Source of the DNA: Christensenellaceae bacterium
GTDB taxonomy: Bacteria > Bacillota > Clostridia > Christensenellales > Borkfalkiaceae
DNA length: 38,586 bases
Reading direction: 5' to 3'
NCBI GenBank assembly: GCA_045613665.1
Contig: JAZLBK010000032.1
Coordinates: 1-38,586, forward strand
Shown here: positions 35,897-38,586 of the stretch, piece by piece
Layout of the letters: each line of letters begins with the position of its first letter
How positions within the stretch are numbered: the first letter of the stretch is position 1
Translations under genes and position numbers: made by a program
The notes under the pieces: model-generated
Told to the model about the DNA's origin: nothing
Database searches by the model: none
What the model saw: the letters and a program-made list of their open reading frames with translations, nothing else

Positions 35897-36032
35897 CAAA
35901 AGTTTTTTGGTAATATAGTTAACAAATATTTACAAAAATGAAAATTTGTGATATCATACCTGTTGTAAAGGTTGAGTTTATCTAAAAAGATAAAACATAT
36001 CTTGACTTCGGCAAATTATAAAGGAGAGAAAT

Positions 36033-37220
36033 ATGAAAATTTTAGTTGTAAATGCGGGCAGTTCGTCTCTTAAATATCAACTTTTTGATATGAGCACTAA
36101 CACCGTTTTAGCAAAAGGCAACTGCGAGCGTATCGGTATCGACGGTATTATTACCCATAAATGCCCCGGCAAGCCCGACTATAAAATTAATGCGGACTTC
36201 CCTAATCACCGCGCTGCAATCAAACTCGTTTTAGAACTTTTAACCGATAAAGACAAAGGCGTTATTTCTTCGGTTGACGAAATCGTTGCGGTAGGTCACC
36301 GCTTTGCTCACGGTGGCGAACTCAAAAAATCTTGCGTTTTAGGTGAAGATGAAATTAAGTATCTTGAAAGCATAGTGGGTATTAACCCCTTACACGGCCC
36401 ACCGGCAATTAACGGCTTTAAGGCTTGTAAAGAAGTTATGCCAAATATAAATCACGTGGGTGTTTTCGATACTTCGTATTACTCAACGGTAGAACCACAC
36501 GCTTACGTTTACCCTATCCCTTACGAACTTTTTGAAGAACTTAAAATTAGAAGATACGGTTTCCACGGCACTTCGCACAGATACGTTGCAGGTATCGCTA
36601 TGGACCTTTTGAACAACAAGGAAAGCAAAATTATTACCTGCCACTTAGGTAACGGCTCGTCAATTACCGCTACCGTAAACGGCAAGGCGGTTGATACGTC
36701 AATGGGCTTCACCCCGCAAGACGGTGTTCCCATGGGAACAAGAAGTGGCGCAATCGACCCAACTATCGTTCCTTATATCCAAAAAGTTAAAGGCATTTCT
36801 GCTGACGAGGCTGATAAACTTATAACTCAAAAGGGCGGTCTTTTAGGCGTTTCGGGCGTGTCAAGCGATTGCAGAGATATTAGAAAGGCTGCAAGCGAAG
36901 GCAACTACCGCGCTAAACTCGCGCTTGATATATTAAAACACAACATCAAAAAAATTATAGGCTCGTACGTTGCTGAAATGAACGGTGTTGACGCTATCGT
37001 GTTTACCGCAGGTATAGGTGAAAACGATAGAGCGCTCCGCGAAGAAGTTGCAGGCGAACTTTCATTTATCGGCGTTGATTTTGATAAGCAAGCAAACGAC
37101 ACTATTCCGTCAGGTACGGTTGGTGAGATTTCTAAACAAGGCTCGAAAGTAAAAGTTTACGTTATCCCAACCAACGAAGAATATATGATTGCGCTTGATA
37201 CTCTTAACTTATCTAAATAA
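36033..37220 (+). CDS. ackA: Acetate kinase
   Basis: 395 aa with ILVVNAGSSSLKY, VGHRFAHGG and GFHGTSH. Confidence 0.95.
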   Translation: MKILVVNAGSSSLKYQLFDMSTNTVLAKGNCERIGIDGIITHKCPGKPDYKINADFPNHRAAIKLVLELLTDKDKGVISSVDEIVAVGHRFAHGGELKKSCVLGEDEIKYLESIVGINPLHGPPAINGFKACKEVMPNINHVGVFDTSYYSTVEPHAYVYPIPYELFEELKIRRYGFHGTSHRYVAGIAMDLLNNKESKIITCHLGNGSSITATVNGKAVDTSMGFTPQDGVPMGTRSGAIDPTIVPYIQKVKGISADEADKLITQKGGLLGVSGVSSDCRDIRKAASEGNYRAKLALDILKHNIKKIIGSYVAEMNGVDAIVFTAGIGENDRALREEVAGELSFIGVDFDKQANDTIPSGTVGEISKQGSKVKVYVIPTNEEYMIALDTLNLSK

Positions 37221-37231
37221 TTTATAAGTAA

Positions 37232-37262
37232 ATATCCACCAGTTCGGCTGGTGGATATTTTT
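37232..37262 (+). terminator. Rho-independent terminator of ackA
   Basis: atatccaccag (37232-37242) / ctggtggatat (37248-37258) followed by T5. Confidence 0.8.
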
Positions 37263-37341
37263 ATTTGGATTTATTTTTTTATATTAAAAAAACATAGGCG
37301 CACCTATGCTTTAATTTTTATTAAGTTTATATAAAACACCC

Positions 37342-37468
37342 TTTAAGGCGTTAGTTACAAGCAAGACAAGGCTCGCAAGGTCTTGCGGACAGCACTAACC
37401 TTTTTTGGTTGTGATGGTCGTAAGACCGTAGCAGAAACGCAGTATTGCGAAGTAAATAACGACTTAAA
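37342..37468. repeat. Structured intergenic repeat, unit B (subfamily 1, full length 127 nt)
   Basis: Terminal inverted repeats TTTAAGGCGTTA / TAACGACTTAAA. Internal helices are GCAAGAC/GTCTTGC, CAC-AACC/GGTT-GTG, ATGGTC-GTAA-GACCGT and CGCA-GTAT-TGCG. The 5' 92 nt equal unit A. Confidence 0.85.
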
Positions 37469-37469
37469 G

Positions 37470-37595
37470 TTTAAGGCGTCAGTTACAAGCATAACGAGGC
37501 TCACGAAAAAAGGCAGGATTGGATAGACCTTTTTGGTCATCCAAGTCTGCCTTTTGAGTAGTAACAAAGTTATGCGCCGTAAATAACGGATTAAA
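37470..37595. repeat. Structured intergenic repeat, unit C (divergent subfamily 3)
   Basis: It has the same head (TTTAAGGCGTCAGTTACAAGCA) and tail (AGTAGTAAC...GTAAATAACGGATTAAA) as units A and B, but an unrelated interior built around a long hairpin. It overlaps the capD-like stop codon. Confidence 0.75.
37504..37556. terminator. Bidirectional terminator embedded in repeat unit C (terminates the capD-like gene)
   Basis: GGCAGGATTGGATAGACC-TTTTT-GGTCATCCAAGTCTGCC (15-17 bp), flanked by A7 on the 5' side and T4 on the 3' side. Confidence 0.7.
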
Positions 37596-38586
37596 AACGT
37601 TCGTCAATAGTATAAGTATCAACAAGTTCCTTAACCGAATATTTCATATTTTCGGTTTCTTCGTAGGCTTCTTTGTAAAGACGGTCAAGAACGTTCCAGA
37701 AATTATTTTCGTTAATTTTTATAGGCTTTGCAATGCTTATTTGACCGTTTGAAGTTTTTTGAAGACCTTCTTCGTCCATAAGCCTTTCTTCGTATAGTTT
37801 TTCGCCGGGGCGAAGACCTGTGCACACGATATCAATATCAACGTTAGGCTCGTAACCAGAAAGCCTTACAAGATTACAAGCAAGGTCGTAAATTCTTACT
37901 TGCTCACCCATATCAAGAACGAATATTTGACCGCTTTTTGCAAACGCGCCAGCCTGCAATACCAAAGCAACGGCTTCTTGAATAGTCATAAAATATCTTA
38001 CAACGTCTTTATGCGTAACGGTTACGGGACCGCCTTCTTCTATTTGTTTTTTGAATAAAGGTATTACCGAGCCGTTAGAACCTAAAACGTTACCAAACCT
38101 TACCGCCACAAACTTAGTTGATTTACTGTGACTGCCTATCGTCTGTATTATCATTTCGCAAATTCGCTTGGTTGCACCCATAATGTTTGTGGGGTTAACC
38201 GCCTTATCGGTAGAGATTTGAACGAAAGTTTCTACACCGAACTTGTCGGCACAGCGGGCTAAGTTGAGCGTTCCAAACACGTTGTTTTTAACGGCTTCGT
38301 TAGGGCTTGTTTCCATAAGCGGAACGTGTTTATGCGCTGCGGCGTGGAATACGATTTGCGGTTTATATTTAGTAAAAACGTTTTCCATTTTGCCCTTTTC
38401 ACGTATGTTTGCAATAAGGGCAAGTATATCGCGATGTGGGTATTTACGTTTAAGTTCTTGTTCTATTTCGTAAGCGTTGTTTTCGTAAATATCTAAAATG
38501 ATAAGTTGAGTGGGCTCAAAGGTTATTATTTGACGGCAAAGTTCACTACCTATCGAACCGCCACCGCCCGTTACCAAAACGACTTT
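37591..38586 (-). CDS. Polysaccharide biosynthesis protein, CapD/PglF-like NDP-sugar 4,6-dehydratase/epimerase (N-terminus beyond the window edge)
   Basis: It has the SDR Rossmann motif VTGGGGSIGSEL and CapD-like sequence throughout. The ORF stays open to the right edge of the window. Confidence 0.85.
   Translation of the reverse strand, partial: KVVLVTGGGGSIGSELCRQIITFEPTQLIILDIYENNAYEIEQELKRKYPHRDILALIANIREKGKMENVFTKYKPQIVFHAAAHKHVPLMETSPNEAVKNNVFGTLNLARCADKFGVETFVQISTDKAVNPTNIMGATKRICEMIIQTIGSHSKSTKFVAVRFGNVLGSNGSVIPLFKKQIEEGGPVTVTHKDVVRYFMTIQEAVALVLQAGAFAKSGQIFVLDMGEQVRIYDLACNLVRLSGYEPNVDIDIVCTGLRPGEKLYEERLMDEEGLQKTSNGQISIAKPIKINENNFWNVLDRLYKEAYEETENMKYSVKELVDTYTIDERF

Noticed and set aside
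512-36733. Numerous 60-150-aa ORFs antisense to or nested in the called genes (e.g. 512-697, 924-1121, 2710-2967, 6765-7184, 8421-8816, 18200-18658, 23962-24381, 35550-35825, 36521-36733)
   Set aside because: They lie on the opposite strand or in alternative frames of strongly supported genes. They have low-complexity or Ser/Leu/Phe-rich composition typical of antisense frames, and no RBS.
37355-37567. 70-aa minus-strand ORF spanning repeat units B and C
   Set aside because: It lies entirely within the structured repeats and has no RBS. Its sequence is dictated by hairpin arms, and the other copies of the repeat do not conserve the frame.
37342-37595. CRISPR array or integron attC sites as an explanation for the tandem repeats
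   Set aside because: The units are ~126 nt and directly abutting, with no unique spacers. There are only 2-3 per locus and no cas genes. attC core/inverse-core sites (GTTRRRY/RYYYAAC) are not present, and no intI or cassette array is seen.

Overview
The window looks like a chromosomal core segment of a low-GC, endospore-forming Firmicute (Clostridia-like). This rests on the yqfC-yqfD-phoH-pgpH-ybeY-era-trmB block, an L27 with an N-terminal propeptide, AGGAGG-type ribosome-binding sites (RBS), and many hairpin+T-run terminators. I call about 38 protein genes, mostly housekeeping: tdh-kbl, asnA, rplU-rpmA, ackA, hup, mrp, ttcA-like, rhaB-like, and a partial capD-like gene at the right edge. There are two tRNAs, Ser-GCU and Leu-CAG. 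There are two gene casualties: a GTP-dependent PEP carboxykinase (PEPCK) interrupted by one in-frame TAA, and a 3' remnant of a CocE/NonD hydrolase. No CRISPR array, transposase, integrase or recognisable defence operon is present. The most unusual signal is non-coding. A ~126-nt, heavily base-paired repeat family has inverted-repeat termini (TTTAAGGCGTTAGTTAC ... GTAAC ... AAATAACGACTTAAA). It occurs at least five times (three full units, two partial) in three convergent 3'-3' intergenic regions. Each copy sits between the stop codon of a minus-strand gene and a bidirectional terminator, and in two cases it supplies the stop codon. Two units 10.8 kb apart share an identical 5' ~92 nt. I cannot match the family to any named repeat or RNA family from memory. 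Secondary observations are a scrambled tRNA-Ser-derived element with a 16-nt duplication of the tRNA 3' end, a CpG-poor single-gene acyltransferase islet, an L27 propeptide without the usual interposed prp gene, and a degenerate AraM-like/HAD-IIA pair. All calls come from reading the sequence and ORF track by eye, with no database search. Repeat and hairpin coordinates are good to about +/-2 nt.
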